Shown here piece by piece: positions 55,704 to 64,000 of a stretch of 64,000 nucleotides of DNA. Position numbers and translations under genes: made by a program. The stretch is from the NCBI GenBank assembly GCA_004557645.1, contig SFGI01000013.1, positions 162 to 64,161 on the forward strand. The letters run 5' to 3'. The notes under the pieces were generated by a model. It saw only the letters and a list, made by a program, of their open reading frames with translations. It searched no databases and was not told where the DNA came from. Every line of letters starts with the position of its first letter. Position 1 is the first letter of the stretch. Source of the stretch: [Eubacterium] saphenum (GTDB taxonomy: Bacteria; Bacillota; Clostridia; Lachnospirales; Anaerotignaceae).

Positions 55704-57029
55704 TTATCTCACGTCCTTTTCCAAGATTTTCGGCAAAATCAAAGTATCATACTCGCCCTTCTGGAATGCCTTGCTGCGTACCAGCCGCAGCTGATCTTCA
55801 ATATTCGTATCCACACCAACGATGACCATTTCGCAAAGGGCCGCTTCCATTTTTCGGATAGCTTCTTCCCGGGTATTGGCATGAACGATGAGTTTTCCCA
55901 GCATGGAGTCATAGAAAGGCACCACCTGACAATCCTGCATCAGGGCTGTATCAAAATGGACTCTGCCGCCGCCGGGAATATGCAGGAAATCCACCTTCCC
56001 TGTGGAACGGGCATTGATCCGACATTCGATGGCATGGCCCTGCAGTTGAATCTCCTCCTGGGTCATATCCAGAGGCACCTGACAGGCAATGCGGATCTGC
56101 CATTTTACGATATCCACGCCGCTGATTTCTTCTGTGATGGGGTGTTCCACCTGCAGACGGGTATTCATTTCAATAAAATAGAACTGCCCATCGGGTGCCA
56201 GCAGAAATTCTACGGTGCCCACATTGGTATAGTTTGCCGCCTTTGCTGCTTTGATGGCTGCTTCCATCATCTTCTGACGGATTTCTTCCGTCATCACAGG
56301 GCTGGGGGTTTCCTCCAGCACCTTCTGTTTATTCAGCTGCAAAGAACAGTCTCTTTCCCCCAAACAAAGGATATTTCCTTCGTGGTCTGCCAACACCTGC
56401 ATTTCCACATGGCGCACAGAAGTCAGATATTTTTCCAGGAAAACGTCCCCGTTGCCGAAGGCACTTTCCGCCTCTCGGGATGCGGTATAAAAAGCATCCT
56501 CCAGTTCTTCTTCCTTCCAGACCACGCGGATGCCTTTGCCGCCGCCGCCTGCTGTGGCTTTCACCAAAAGGGGATAGCCAATATCCTGAGCCAAGCGTTT
56601 TGCTTCTGCCGCATCTTTCAGGATTTCTGTACCGGGCACCACGGGCACGCCAACCTTCTGCATCAGCTGTCGGGAAGCGTCCTTATCCCCCATGGCGGAG
56701 ATAACTTCACTCTTGGGGCCGATGAATGTGATGCCGTTTTCTTCGCACAGCTTGGCAAATGCCGCATTTTCGGAAAGGAAACCATATCCGGGGTGGATGG
56801 CTTCTGCATGGGTCGCCAAAGCTGCACTGATGATGTTTTTCTGATTTAAGTAGCTGTCCGCCGCCGCATTGCCGCCGATGCAGATTCGTTCATCGGCCAA
56901 AGCAACGGGCAGGGAATCTTTATCCGCCTCAGAGTAGACAGCCACTGTCTCGATGCCCATTTCCTTGCAGGCACGGATGATACGGACTGCCACTTCCCCT
57001 CTGTTGGCAACGAGAATTTTAGAAAACAT
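55704..57029 (-). CDS. accC: Acetyl-CoA carboxylase biotin carboxylase subunit
   Basis: MFSKILVANRGEVAVRIIRAC..., ATP-grasp, 441 aa. Confidence 0.96.
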   Translation of the reverse strand: MFSKILVANRGEVAVRIIRACKEMGIETVAVYSEADKDSLPVALADERICIGGNAAADSYLNQKNIISAALATHAEAIHPGYGFLSENAAFAKLCEENGITFIGPKSEVISAMGDKDASRQLMQKVGVPVVPGTEILKDAAEAKRLAQDIGYPLLVKATAGGGGKGIRVVWKEEELEDAFYTASREAESAFGNGDVFLEKYLTSVRHVEMQVLADHEGNILCLGERDCSLQLNKQKVLEETPSPVMTEEIRQKMMEAAIKAAKAANYTNVGTVEFLLAPDGQFYFIEMNTRLQVEHPITEEISGVDIVKWQIRIACQVPLDMTQEEIQLQGHAIECRINARSTGKVDFLHIPGGGRVHFDTALMQDCQVVPFYDSMLGKLIVHANTREEAIRKMEAALCEMVIVGVDTNIEDQLRLVRSKAFQKGEYDTLILPKILEKDVR

Positions 57030-57035
57030 ACGCCA

Positions 57036-57449
57036 TTACTCCTTGATAAGTGCGAAGGAAAATTCCGCACTGACACATAATTTACCGTCTACATAGCCTT
57101 TGCCTTCTGCCCAGTAAAAAGGGCCTTTATGTTTCAGCAAAGTACATTCTGTTTCAAACACATCCCCGGGACGTACGCTGTTTTTGAAACGCACTTTGTC
57201 CAGACCTGTGAAGAAGGGAGTGATCCCTTCCGCTTCGCCGGAAAGCAGCACACAGGCAGACTGACCGAGAATTTCACAAAGGATCACGCCGGGCACAACG
57301 GGGTTCCCGGGGAAATGCCCCTGCAGAAAAAACTCGTCGCCGCGGATGGTCTTTTTGCCGTAAGCCTTGCCCTCCCGCAGTTCCGCTTCATCAATGAGAA
57401 GCATATGGTCTCTGTGGGGCAAAAGCTTTTTGATTTCTTCCTGATTCAT
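57036..57449 (-). CDS. fabZ: 3-hydroxyacyl-ACP dehydratase FabZ
   Basis: LPHRDHMLLID...HFPGNPVVPGVL. Confidence 0.95.
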   Translation of the reverse strand: MNQEEIKKLLPHRDHMLLIDEAELREGKAYGKKTIRGDEFFLQGHFPGNPVVPGVILCEILGQSACVLLSGEAEGITPFFTGLDKVRFKNSVRPGDVFETECTLLKHKGPFYWAEGKGYVDGKLCVSAEFSFALIKE

Positions 57450-57463
57450 GATTCTTCCTCCTT

Positions 57464-57919
57464 TTATACAGGCAGGATACGGAACAGGGGCTGACCGAAT
57501 TCCACGATCTGCCCGTTATCTACGCAGACCACTTCGATGGTGCCTTCCAGTTCCGCTTCGATGTTATTGAACATCTTCATGGATTCCACGATGCAAAGGA
57601 CATCCCCCTTCTGCACCTTATCGCCCACTTTGACAAAAGGCTCTGCCCCCGCCTGGGGTGCCAGATAAACGGTACCCACCAGAGGGGATTTCTGTTCCAC
57701 GCCGTCTGCTGTTTCTGTTTTTTCAGGGGCCGCTTCCACAGGCAGTTCCACTGCCGTTTCCACCGGAACGAAAACGGGTGCTTCCGCTGCCACAGGTCTG
57801 CCGCCTGCCGCTTCCAGCACAATACGGTTGTCGCCTTCTGTCAGATCCAGCTTTGTCAGCTGGTTCTGGCGCAGAATTTTCGCCAGTTCATTGATTTTAT
57901 TTGTATCCATAGTCATCAA
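57464..57919 (-). CDS. accB: Acetyl-CoA carboxylase biotin carboxyl carrier protein
   Basis: Biotinylation motif context CIVESMKMFNNIEAE, with an A/P-rich linker. Confidence 0.92.
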   Translation of the reverse strand: MMTMDTNKINELAKILRQNQLTKLDLTEGDNRIVLEAAGGRPVAAEAPVFVPVETAVELPVEAAPEKTETADGVEQKSPLVGTVYLAPQAGAEPFVKVGDKVQKGDVLCIVESMKMFNNIEAELEGTIEVVCVDNGQIVEFGQPLFRILPV

Positions 57920-59151
57920 TCCTTATATTTTCTAAAAGCCACACAGGCGTTATGACCGCCAAAGCCCAAAGAAGTGGACATGGCACCTTCTACCACTGTC
58001 TGCACCGCTGTGTTGGGGGTATAATCCAGATCGCAGTCGGGGTCAGCTTCCATGAGGTTGATGGTGGGAGGGATGATATCCTCCTGCACCGCCAGAATCG
58101 CCGCAATGGCTTCTACGGCACCTGCCGCCCCCAGCATATGACCTGTCATGGATTTTGTGGAGCTGATGTGTACTTTTCTTGCATCTTCTTCGCCAAAGGC
58201 GTTTTTGATGGCTCTTGTTTCTGTTTTGTCATTCAGGGATGTGCCTGTGCCGTGAGCATTGATATAGATGGCTTCGGGAGAGATGCCCGCAAAGCCTTCT
58301 GCCGCAATTTTGATGGCTTTCCCGCTGGCAATGGCTTCTTCCGCAGGAGCTGTAACGTGGTGGGCATCGCAGGTGGAGCCATAGCCAACCACTTCTGCAT
58401 AGATTTTCGCACCACGGGCCTTTGCGTGTTCATATTCTTCCAAGATCACTGCGCCTGCGCCTTCGCCCATAACGAAACCGCCGCGGCGTTTATCAAAGGG
58501 CAGAGATGCTGCGTTGGGGTCTTCGGAAGGGTTCAGTGCCATACAGCTGCCAAAGCCTGCCACTGCCAAAGGTGTAATGGCTGCTTCGCTGCCGCCGCAG
58601 ATGGCTGCTGTGGTATAGCCATGGAGGATGGCTCTGTAGCCTTCGCCAATGGCTGTTGTACCTGTGGCACAGGCTGTGGTAACAGACACACAGGCGTTCA
58701 TTGCCTGATAGCGGATGGCAATATTGCCTGCCGCAATGTTGCTGATCATTTTGGGAATGAACAGAGGAGAAACCCTTCTGGCCCCTTTTGCCAGCAGCAT
58801 ATCATAGCTTTCACAGAATGTTTCAAAGCCGCCGATGCCGCTGCCGAAATAGACCGCCAGTTCATCTGCGTCGATATTGCCTTCCAGCTGGCTGTCTGCC
58901 ACCGCTTCCCCTGCTGCTGCCATGGCGAACTGGCTGAATCTGTCCAGTTTTTTCGCCGCCAGTTTATCCATATATGTTGTCGGATCGAAGTCCTTCACCT
59001 CTGCCGCCAGTTTGAATTTGCTTTCGCTGGTGTCAAATCTGGTGATAGGGCCGATACCGTTTTTGCCGTTTTTCAAAGCTTCCCAGAAATCAGGTACGTT
59101 GTTGCCCACGGGGGTCACCGCACCGATCCCTGTTACTACTACTCTTCTCAT
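57916..59151 (-). CDS. fabF: Beta-ketoacyl-ACP synthase II
   Basis: MRRVVVTGIGAVTPVG..., active-site Cys context VTTACATG, and HGTGT. Confidence 0.95.
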   Translation of the reverse strand: MRRVVVTGIGAVTPVGNNVPDFWEALKNGKNGIGPITRFDTSESKFKLAAEVKDFDPTTYMDKLAAKKLDRFSQFAMAAAGEAVADSQLEGNIDADELAVYFGSGIGGFETFCESYDMLLAKGARRVSPLFIPKMISNIAAGNIAIRYQAMNACVSVTTACATGTTAIGEGYRAILHGYTTAAICGGSEAAITPLAVAGFGSCMALNPSEDPNAASLPFDKRRGGFVMGEGAGAVILEEYEHAKARGAKIYAEVVGYGSTCDAHHVTAPAEEAIASGKAIKIAAEGFAGISPEAIYINAHGTGTSLNDKTETRAIKNAFGEEDARKVHISSTKSMTGHMLGAAGAVEAIAAILAVQEDIIPPTINLMEADPDCDLDYTPNTAVQTVVEGAMSTSLGFGGHNACVAFRKYKD

Positions 59152-59165
59152 AAGTTCTACCTCTC

Positions 59166-59897
59166 TTAGCACGCTAAGCCACCGTCGATACGGATGACTT
59201 CGCCTGTAATGTAGTCAGACTGTTCCGACGCCAAAAACAGCGCCAGTTTTGCCACTTCCTCTGCTTCGCCGAAGCGCTTCATGGGAATGGCTTCTTTCAA
59301 AGCATCATTTTCCAGAGCTTCTGTCATTTCTGTGGCAATGAAGCCGGGGGCAATGGCATTGCAGCAAACCCCTCTGGATGCCAGCTCCTTGGCAACGGAT
59401 TTTGTCAGGCCGACCACACCCGCCTTGGATGCGGAATAGTTTGCCTGACCGGGGTTGCCTGTCAAACCGGAAACAGAGCTGATATTGATGATCTTGCCGC
59501 CCTTCTGTTTCAGGAACAGGGGGTATACCCCTTTGATCATATAAAATACACCTTTCAGGTTCGTGTCGATGACTGCGTCGAAATCTGCCGTTTTCATCAT
59601 GGGAACCAGTTTATCTTTTGTGATACCTGCGTTATTCACCAAAATCTGGATACCACCAAAATCCTTCACAATCTCTTTTACCACTGCTGCCACGGCATCG
59701 GCATCGGCAACGTTGCACTGATATGCCTTGGCTTTTACGCCCAAAGCCTCCAGTTCTTTCAGGGTTTCTTCCGCTTTTACCGTATTGCCTGCATAGAGAA
59801 AAGCGATATCCGCCCCATTTTCTGCAAATTTCAGGCAAATGGCTTTCCCGATGCCACGGGAACCGCCAGTCACTACTGCTGTTTTACCTTTCAGCAT
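59166..59897 (-). CDS. fabG: 3-oxoacyl-ACP reductase
   Basis: SDR motifs TGGSRGIG and YSASKAG. Confidence 0.93.
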   Translation of the reverse strand: MLKGKTAVVTGGSRGIGKAICLKFAENGADIAFLYAGNTVKAEETLKELEALGVKAKAYQCNVADADAVAAVVKEIVKDFGGIQILVNNAGITKDKLVPMMKTADFDAVIDTNLKGVFYMIKGVYPLFLKQKGGKIINISSVSGLTGNPGQANYSASKAGVVGLTKSVAKELASRGVCCNAIAPGFIATEMTEALENDALKEAIPMKRFGEAEEVAKLALFLASEQSDYITGEVIRIDGGLAC

Positions 59898-60805
59898 CCC
59901 ATTTCCTCCTTCACCTTTTCGATCTCTTCCATATTGGAAACGCTGTAAACCTTTGCGTCAGGCAGGATACGTTTGATGAGTTTTTTCAGCGTATCGCCAA
60001 CGCCCACTTCGATGAAGGTATCGAAACCATCGGCAGCCATGCGTTCAATGCTTTCCTGCCAGCGCAGGCTGTGGTTGATCTGCTGTTCCATCAGTTCTCT
60101 GACATTTTCCGTATAAGGCTCTGTTGTGAAGTTGGAATAAACGGTGATGGCAGGCTTTTTCAGATCAAAGGCCTTTGCCGCTTCCGCAAATTCCCTGCTG
60201 GCTTCATCCATAAAAGGAGAGTGGAAGCCGCCGCCCACGGCAACGGGCAGCCCTCTGCCGCCTGCTTCCCGGATAGCTTTATTGAAAGCGTCCATTTCTT
60301 CCTTGGCACCGGCAACCACCAGCTGACCGGGTGCGTTATAGTTTACAGGGTAAACCTGTTTGAACTGCTTGCAAACTTCCTCCACCTTGCTGTTTTCCAG
60401 CTTCATCACCGCCAGCATGCTTGCAGGGTGTTCCGCTGCTGCTTTTGCCATGGCTTTGCCTCTTTCACAGGCCAGCTGGAAGCCATCCAAAGGGCTGTAG
60501 GCACCGGCAAAGGCAAGGGCAGGCAATTCGCCCAAAGAGAAGCCTGCTACCCCTTCGGGCATGATGCCTGCTTCGGATAAGGCAATGGCTGCCGCCAGAT
60601 CTGCCAGATACAGGCAAGGCTGTGTATTCTGTGTTTCCTTCAATTCTTCCGCTGTACCCGCAAAGCACTGTTTCAGTGTACCTGTTCTCAGTGCTTCCGC
60701 ACCATCGAACAATCCATGAACTGTTTCATTGGCTTCATAAAAAGCCTTGCCCATGCCTGCCTTCTGGGCACCCTGACCGGAAAAAACAAATGCTATTTTA
60801 CCCAT
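59891..60805 (-). CDS. fabD: Malonyl-CoA:ACP transacylase
   Basis: FSGQGAQ and GFSLGE motifs. Confidence 0.95.
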   Translation of the reverse strand: MGKIAFVFSGQGAQKAGMGKAFYEANETVHGLFDGAEALRTGTLKQCFAGTAEELKETQNTQPCLYLADLAAAIALSEAGIMPEGVAGFSLGELPALAFAGAYSPLDGFQLACERGKAMAKAAAEHPASMLAVMKLENSKVEEVCKQFKQVYPVNYNAPGQLVVAGAKEEMDAFNKAIREAGGRGLPVAVGGGFHSPFMDEASREFAEAAKAFDLKKPAITVYSNFTTEPYTENVRELMEQQINHSLRWQESIERMAADGFDTFIEVGVGDTLKKLIKRILPDAKVYSVSNMEEIEKVKEEMGC

Positions 60806-61743
60806 TTTGCTGCTCCTTTCAGCAGAATTTCTGCTTCTTCTGCAATTTCGCGGATGATTTCTGCTGCAGGCTGTTCTTTATTCACCATACCGGAGATCTG
60901 CCCCGCCATGAAGCAGCCTTCTTTTGTATCGCCTTCCACAGCCGCCTTTCTCAGGGCGCCTACGCCCAGCTGGTCTACCATTTCGGCAGTGGTTTCAGGG
61001 GCATATTCCACCTTCAGGAAGTTGCGGGCAAACTGATTTTTCATGACACGGCAAGTGCTGCCGCCAAAACGTCTGCCTGTGGCTGTTGTGGAAACGTCTG
61101 TTGCTTTCCGCACCATATCTTTATAGTTCTGGTGTACGCCGCATTCCTCCGCCAGAAGGAAACGTGTACCCATCTGTACGCCTACGGCACCCAGCATGAA
61201 TGCCGCTGCCATCCCTCTGCCGTCGCCGATGCCGCCTGCCGCCAGAACGGGGATGTCTACCGCATCCACCACCTGAGGCACCAAAGGCATGGTGGAAAGC
61301 TCGCCGATATGACCGCCGGATTCGCCGCCTTCGGCAATAACAGCATCCGCACCTGCGCGGGCCATCATTTTTGCCGCCGCCACAGAAGCTGCCACAGGGA
61401 TGACCTTGATCCCTGCTCCTCTCCACATGGGGATGTATTTGTTGGGGATGCCTGCGCCTGTTGTCACCACTGCCACTTTTTCTTCCGCAACGATTTTTGC
61501 CACTTCCTCCACATGGGGGCTCATCAGCATGATGTTTACGCCAAAGGGTTTGTCTGTCAGGCTTCTGGCAATTTTGATCTGCTCCCGCAGATAATCGCCG
61601 CCTGCGTTCATGGCAGAAATGATGCCCAGGCCGCCGCCGTTGGAAACTGCCGCAGCCAGCTTGCCGTCAGCGATCCACGCCATACCGCCCTGGAAAATGG
61701 GATATTCGATGCCAAGCATCTCACAAATCGGTGAAACGATCAT
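60793..61743 (-). CDS. fabK: Enoyl-ACP reductase II (FabK, FMN-dependent NMO fold)
   Basis: YPIFQGGMAW...GGLGII N-terminus. Sits in the fab cluster between acpP and fabD. Confidence 0.88.
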   Translation of the reverse strand: MIVSPICEMLGIEYPIFQGGMAWIADGKLAAAVSNGGGLGIISAMNAGGDYLREQIKIARSLTDKPFGVNIMLMSPHVEEVAKIVAEEKVAVVTTGAGIPNKYIPMWRGAGIKVIPVAASVAAAKMMARAGADAVIAEGGESGGHIGELSTMPLVPQVVDAVDIPVLAAGGIGDGRGMAAAFMLGAVGVQMGTRFLLAEECGVHQNYKDMVRKATDVSTTATGRRFGGSTCRVMKNQFARNFLKVEYAPETTAEMVDQLGVGALRKAAVEGDTKEGCFMAGQISGMVNKEQPAAEIIREIAEEAEILLKGAAKWVK

Positions 61744-61772
61744 ATCGTCGTCCTCCTTTACTTACCTGTTTC

Positions 61773-61997
61773 TTACGCTACTTTGCTTTCGATCAGTTTT
61801 ACCAGATCGCCAACTGTGTTGATCTTGTTTTCGCCCATTTCGATTTCTGTGCCGAATTCATCTTCCAGGTTCATCAGCAGTTCCATAACATCCAGAGAGT
61901 CGATGCCCAGTGTGCCGAATTCTGTTTCCAGTTTGATGTCTGCTGCGTCACATTCCAGTTTTTCTGCCAACATTGCTGCGATTTTTTCGAATACCAT
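61773..61997 (-). CDS. acpP: Acyl carrier protein
   Basis: Phosphopantetheine site GIDSLD, 74 aa, starting at ATG 61997. Confidence 0.93.
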   Translation of the reverse strand: MVFEKIAAMLAEKLECDAADIKLETEFGTLGIDSLDVMELLMNLEDEFGTEIEMGENKINTVGDLVKLIESKVA

Positions 61998-62031
61998 AAT
62001 TTTCAATCTCCTTTTTTTCATTAAAATATTT

Positions 62032-62988
62032 TTACCATCTTAACAGGCAAGCCGCACTTGCCAGACCGCCGCCAAAGGCAGGCAGTAATAATAAATCTCC
62101 TCGTTTCAGCTTCCCTGCCCGGTTCAATTCATCCAGTGCGATGGGGATGCTGGCGGAAGAGGTATTGCCATATCTGTCAATATTCACATAAAATTTTTCC
62201 TGGGGCACCTTCAATTTCATGCTTGCAAAATCTATGATGCGCTTATTGGCCTGATGGGGCACGATATAGGCGATATCATCAAAGGTCAGCCCGTTTCTCT
62301 GCAGCAGTTCTTTGCAGTCCCTGCAGATGGCTGTTACCGCAAACTTGAAGGTTTCCTGTCCCGCCATGTGGGCAAAGGGTTTCTTTTCCTGCCCTCTTTC
62401 ATAAAAGGGGGACATTCCCACAGGCTGTGGGATATCAATGACATCATTGCCGCCCTTTACATCAAAAACAGCATCGATGTAGTTTTCACCGGTACCAAGG
62501 ACAACTGCCCCAGCCCCGTCGCCAAAAATGACACAAGTGCCTCGATCTTCCCAATCCAGAATACGGCTCATACGCTCCGTCCCGATGACAAGGATTTTTT
62601 TCACCTTTCCCCGGGCAAAAAATCCTGCTGCCGTTTCCAGCAGAAAGTCAAATGCCGAGCAGGCTGCGTTGATATCCATTGCCATGCAGGAAAGACCAAG
62701 CAGATGCTGCACCATGCAGGAAACGGAAGGAGAAATGCTCTCTCCGCTGACACTGGCTGCCAGGATCAGATCGATCTCCTCTGCTGCCACGCCGCTGTTT
62801 TCCAAAGCAGACAGGGCAGCTTTGGCACCCATATCTGCCGCCGTTTCATTGGTGCTGAAATGACGTTCCTTTACGCCGACCCTCTGGGTGATCCATGCAT
62901 CATTTGTATCTAAAAATTGTGACAGGTCATCATTGGTGACGACCCTGGGCGGAACATACATCCCTGTCCCTAACACACGAAAACTCAT
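62032..62988 (-). CDS. fabH: Beta-ketoacyl-ACP synthase III
   Basis: Active-site Cys context NAACSAF, with a C-terminal GGGL..A pattern. Confidence 0.95.
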   Translation of the reverse strand: MSFRVLGTGMYVPPRVVTNDDLSQFLDTNDAWITQRVGVKERHFSTNETAADMGAKAALSALENSGVAAEEIDLILAASVSGESISPSVSCMVQHLLGLSCMAMDINAACSAFDFLLETAAGFFARGKVKKILVIGTERMSRILDWEDRGTCVIFGDGAGAVVLGTGENYIDAVFDVKGGNDVIDIPQPVGMSPFYERGQEKKPFAHMAGQETFKFAVTAICRDCKELLQRNGLTFDDIAYIVPHQANKRIIDFASMKLKVPQEKFYVNIDRYGNTSSASIPIALDELNRAGKLKRGDLLLLPAFGGGLASAACLLRW

Positions 62989-63116
62989 TTCTTCCCTCCT
63001 TCCCCTTTTCGGGGAATTTTTTCCAAGCTATATCTTTTCCAATTTTTTTGGTTACGATAACTTAGTACCTCCAAATTTCAAAAAGGTTACAAAAATTTTA
63101 AAAAAATTTTTTAGAA

Positions 63117-63166
63117 AACAAAAAAACACCGAGAATCCATTGAATTCTCGGCGTTTTTCTTTTTTA
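63117..63166. terminator. Terminator between the anti-sigma gene and fabH
   Basis: CCGAGAAT (63129-63136) pairs with ATTCTCGG (63144-63151), extended by an additional C-G pair at 63127/63153 across one mismatch. An A-run precedes it and TTTTTCTTTTTT follows. Confidence 0.7.
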
Positions 63167-63192
63167 AAATTTTTTCAGATCCTACAAAAAAA

Positions 63193-63501
63193 TCATCTGT
63201 TCTTCTGCATATAATGCAGCGCCAGTGCCCCTATGGTCGCACACACATAGGAAAAGAATCCCAGAAACAGCAGCAGCCGACGGGTCCGCATTTTTTTCGC
63301 CAGCACGGCAAAATTTTCAACATTCCCGGAAAAAGGCATATCTGCCGCCAGGTCCTGCACAGGGCGATATTTCCTGTAGTTTGCTCTGCATTCGGGGCAT
63401 TCCCGCAAATGTTCCCGCACCAGCTTTCTGCTGGCTTCGCTGGCCTCTTTATCGTGATACAGAGGCGCTAAATCCGTTACGATATCACATTTCCAACTCA
63501 T
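63193..63501 (-). CDS. Anti-sigma factor (zf-HC2) with a C-terminal TM helix
   Basis: H-x3-C-x2-C motif (HLRECPEC), TM segment LLLFLGFFSYVCATIGALAL. Overlaps the sigma gene by 17 nt. Confidence 0.8.
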   Translation of the reverse strand: MSWKCDIVTDLAPLYHDKEASEASRKLVREHLRECPECRANYRKYRPVQDLAADMPFSGNVENFAVLAKKMRTRRLLLFLGFFSYVCATIGALALHYMQKNR

Positions 63502-64000
63502 GCTTCAACACCTCCATCAGCATTTTCTTCGCTCTGAAATAAATGACCTTGGCGGAGCTTTCACTGATCTTCAAGATCACCGCGATCTGAGAAAAAGGCA
63601 GCTCCGCATAAATCCGCAGCAAAACCACATCCCGATATTTTTTCGGGATATTATTCACGATCTGCCGCACTGCATCCTCGACATCTTTTTTATGGACATG
63701 CTCCTCCGGGCTGCAGTCCCCTTTCATGTAGTTTTGTGCGACCAACTCCAGATTGGCTGCATCCAGACGGAGCTTTTTCTTTTTCAAATACTTAAAATAT
63801 ACATGCTTCCCGATGGCCGCCAGCCAAGTAAAAACCTCGCAATCCCCCCGAAAACGGTGGAAAGAGGTATAGGCCTGCAGGAAAGTTTCCTGAGTCAGAT
63901 CCTCTGCCAGATCGGCATCAGCGCACAGGCGGTACAGAAAGGCATATACTTTTTGATAATACTCCCGGTAAAGGCTCTCAAAGGCTTTCAAACGATCACC
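63485..64000 (-). CDS. ECF-type sigma-70 family RNA polymerase sigma factor (5' end probably beyond the window)
   Basis: Region 2 (DLTQETFLQAY...FRG) and region 4 HTH (LPFSQIAVILKISESSAKVIYFRAKK). The frame stays open to the window edge. Confidence 0.85.
   Translation of the reverse strand, partial: GDRLKAFESLYREYYQKVYAFLYRLCADADLAEDLTQETFLQAYTSFHRFRGDCEVFTWLAAIGKHVYFKYLKKKKLRLDAANLELVAQNYMKGDCSPEEHVHKKDVEDAVRQIVNNIPKKYRDVVLLRIYAELPFSQIAVILKISESSAKVIYFRAKKMLMEVLKHELEM

Noticed and set aside
62989-63116. Search for a FabT/FapR-type operator or riboswitch upstream of fabH
   Set aside because: This is AT-rich sequence with no palindrome I can match to a known operator, so nothing is reportable beyond a probable promoter region.

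Overview
This is a 64-kb chromosomal segment that looks like a mid-GC, Clostridia-type Firmicute. That call is inference only, from gene content: the spore protease gpr, RNase Y, the Prp/L27 processing pair, a FabK-type fatty-acid cluster and a butyryl-CoA:acetate CoA-transferase-like gene. About 60 protein genes are tightly packed, mostly on the minus strand.

**Mobile element (1 to ~3790).** This is the AT-richer end of an integrated prophage- or ICE-like element. Its order is an XRE repressor, a minimal ImmA-like HEXXH protein, two surface proteins and a tyrosine integrase. It abuts, and probably supplies, the 3' end of an M16 peptidase gene.

**Housekeeping core.** The remainder comprises:
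- an M16 peptidase pair and obg
- rplU-prp-rpmA
- recX coupled to a 758-aa TPR protein
- rny, rng, addB and ruvAB
- a carD-like gene, comEB, glcK and deoB-pdp
- rpsT, gpr and pncB
- T-box-controlled ileS, nth and a Fur-family regulator
- a complete fabH-acpP-fabK-fabD-fabG-fabF-accB-fabZ-accC-accD-accA cluster
- an ECF sigma/anti-sigma pair

I found no rRNA, tRNA or CRISPR array, and no recognisable multi-gene defence, toxin or RiPP system.

**Most unusual items (none proven):**
- Two intergenic arrays of many different perfect short hairpins: a 466-bp rpmA-obg spacer, and 290 bp after ileS.
- A stand-alone 21-codon Cys-containing micro-ORF with its own promoter, SD, triple stop and terminator.
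- Two surface-protein cargo genes in the superinfection-exclusion position of the lysogeny module.
- An addB with no adjacent addA.
- Frame-disrupted VanW-like and M23 genes.
- An orphan intrinsic terminator between pncB and ileS.

**Caveats.** All calls come from reading the sequence and the ORF track. No searches or folding programs were run, so start codons and RNA elements are provisional.
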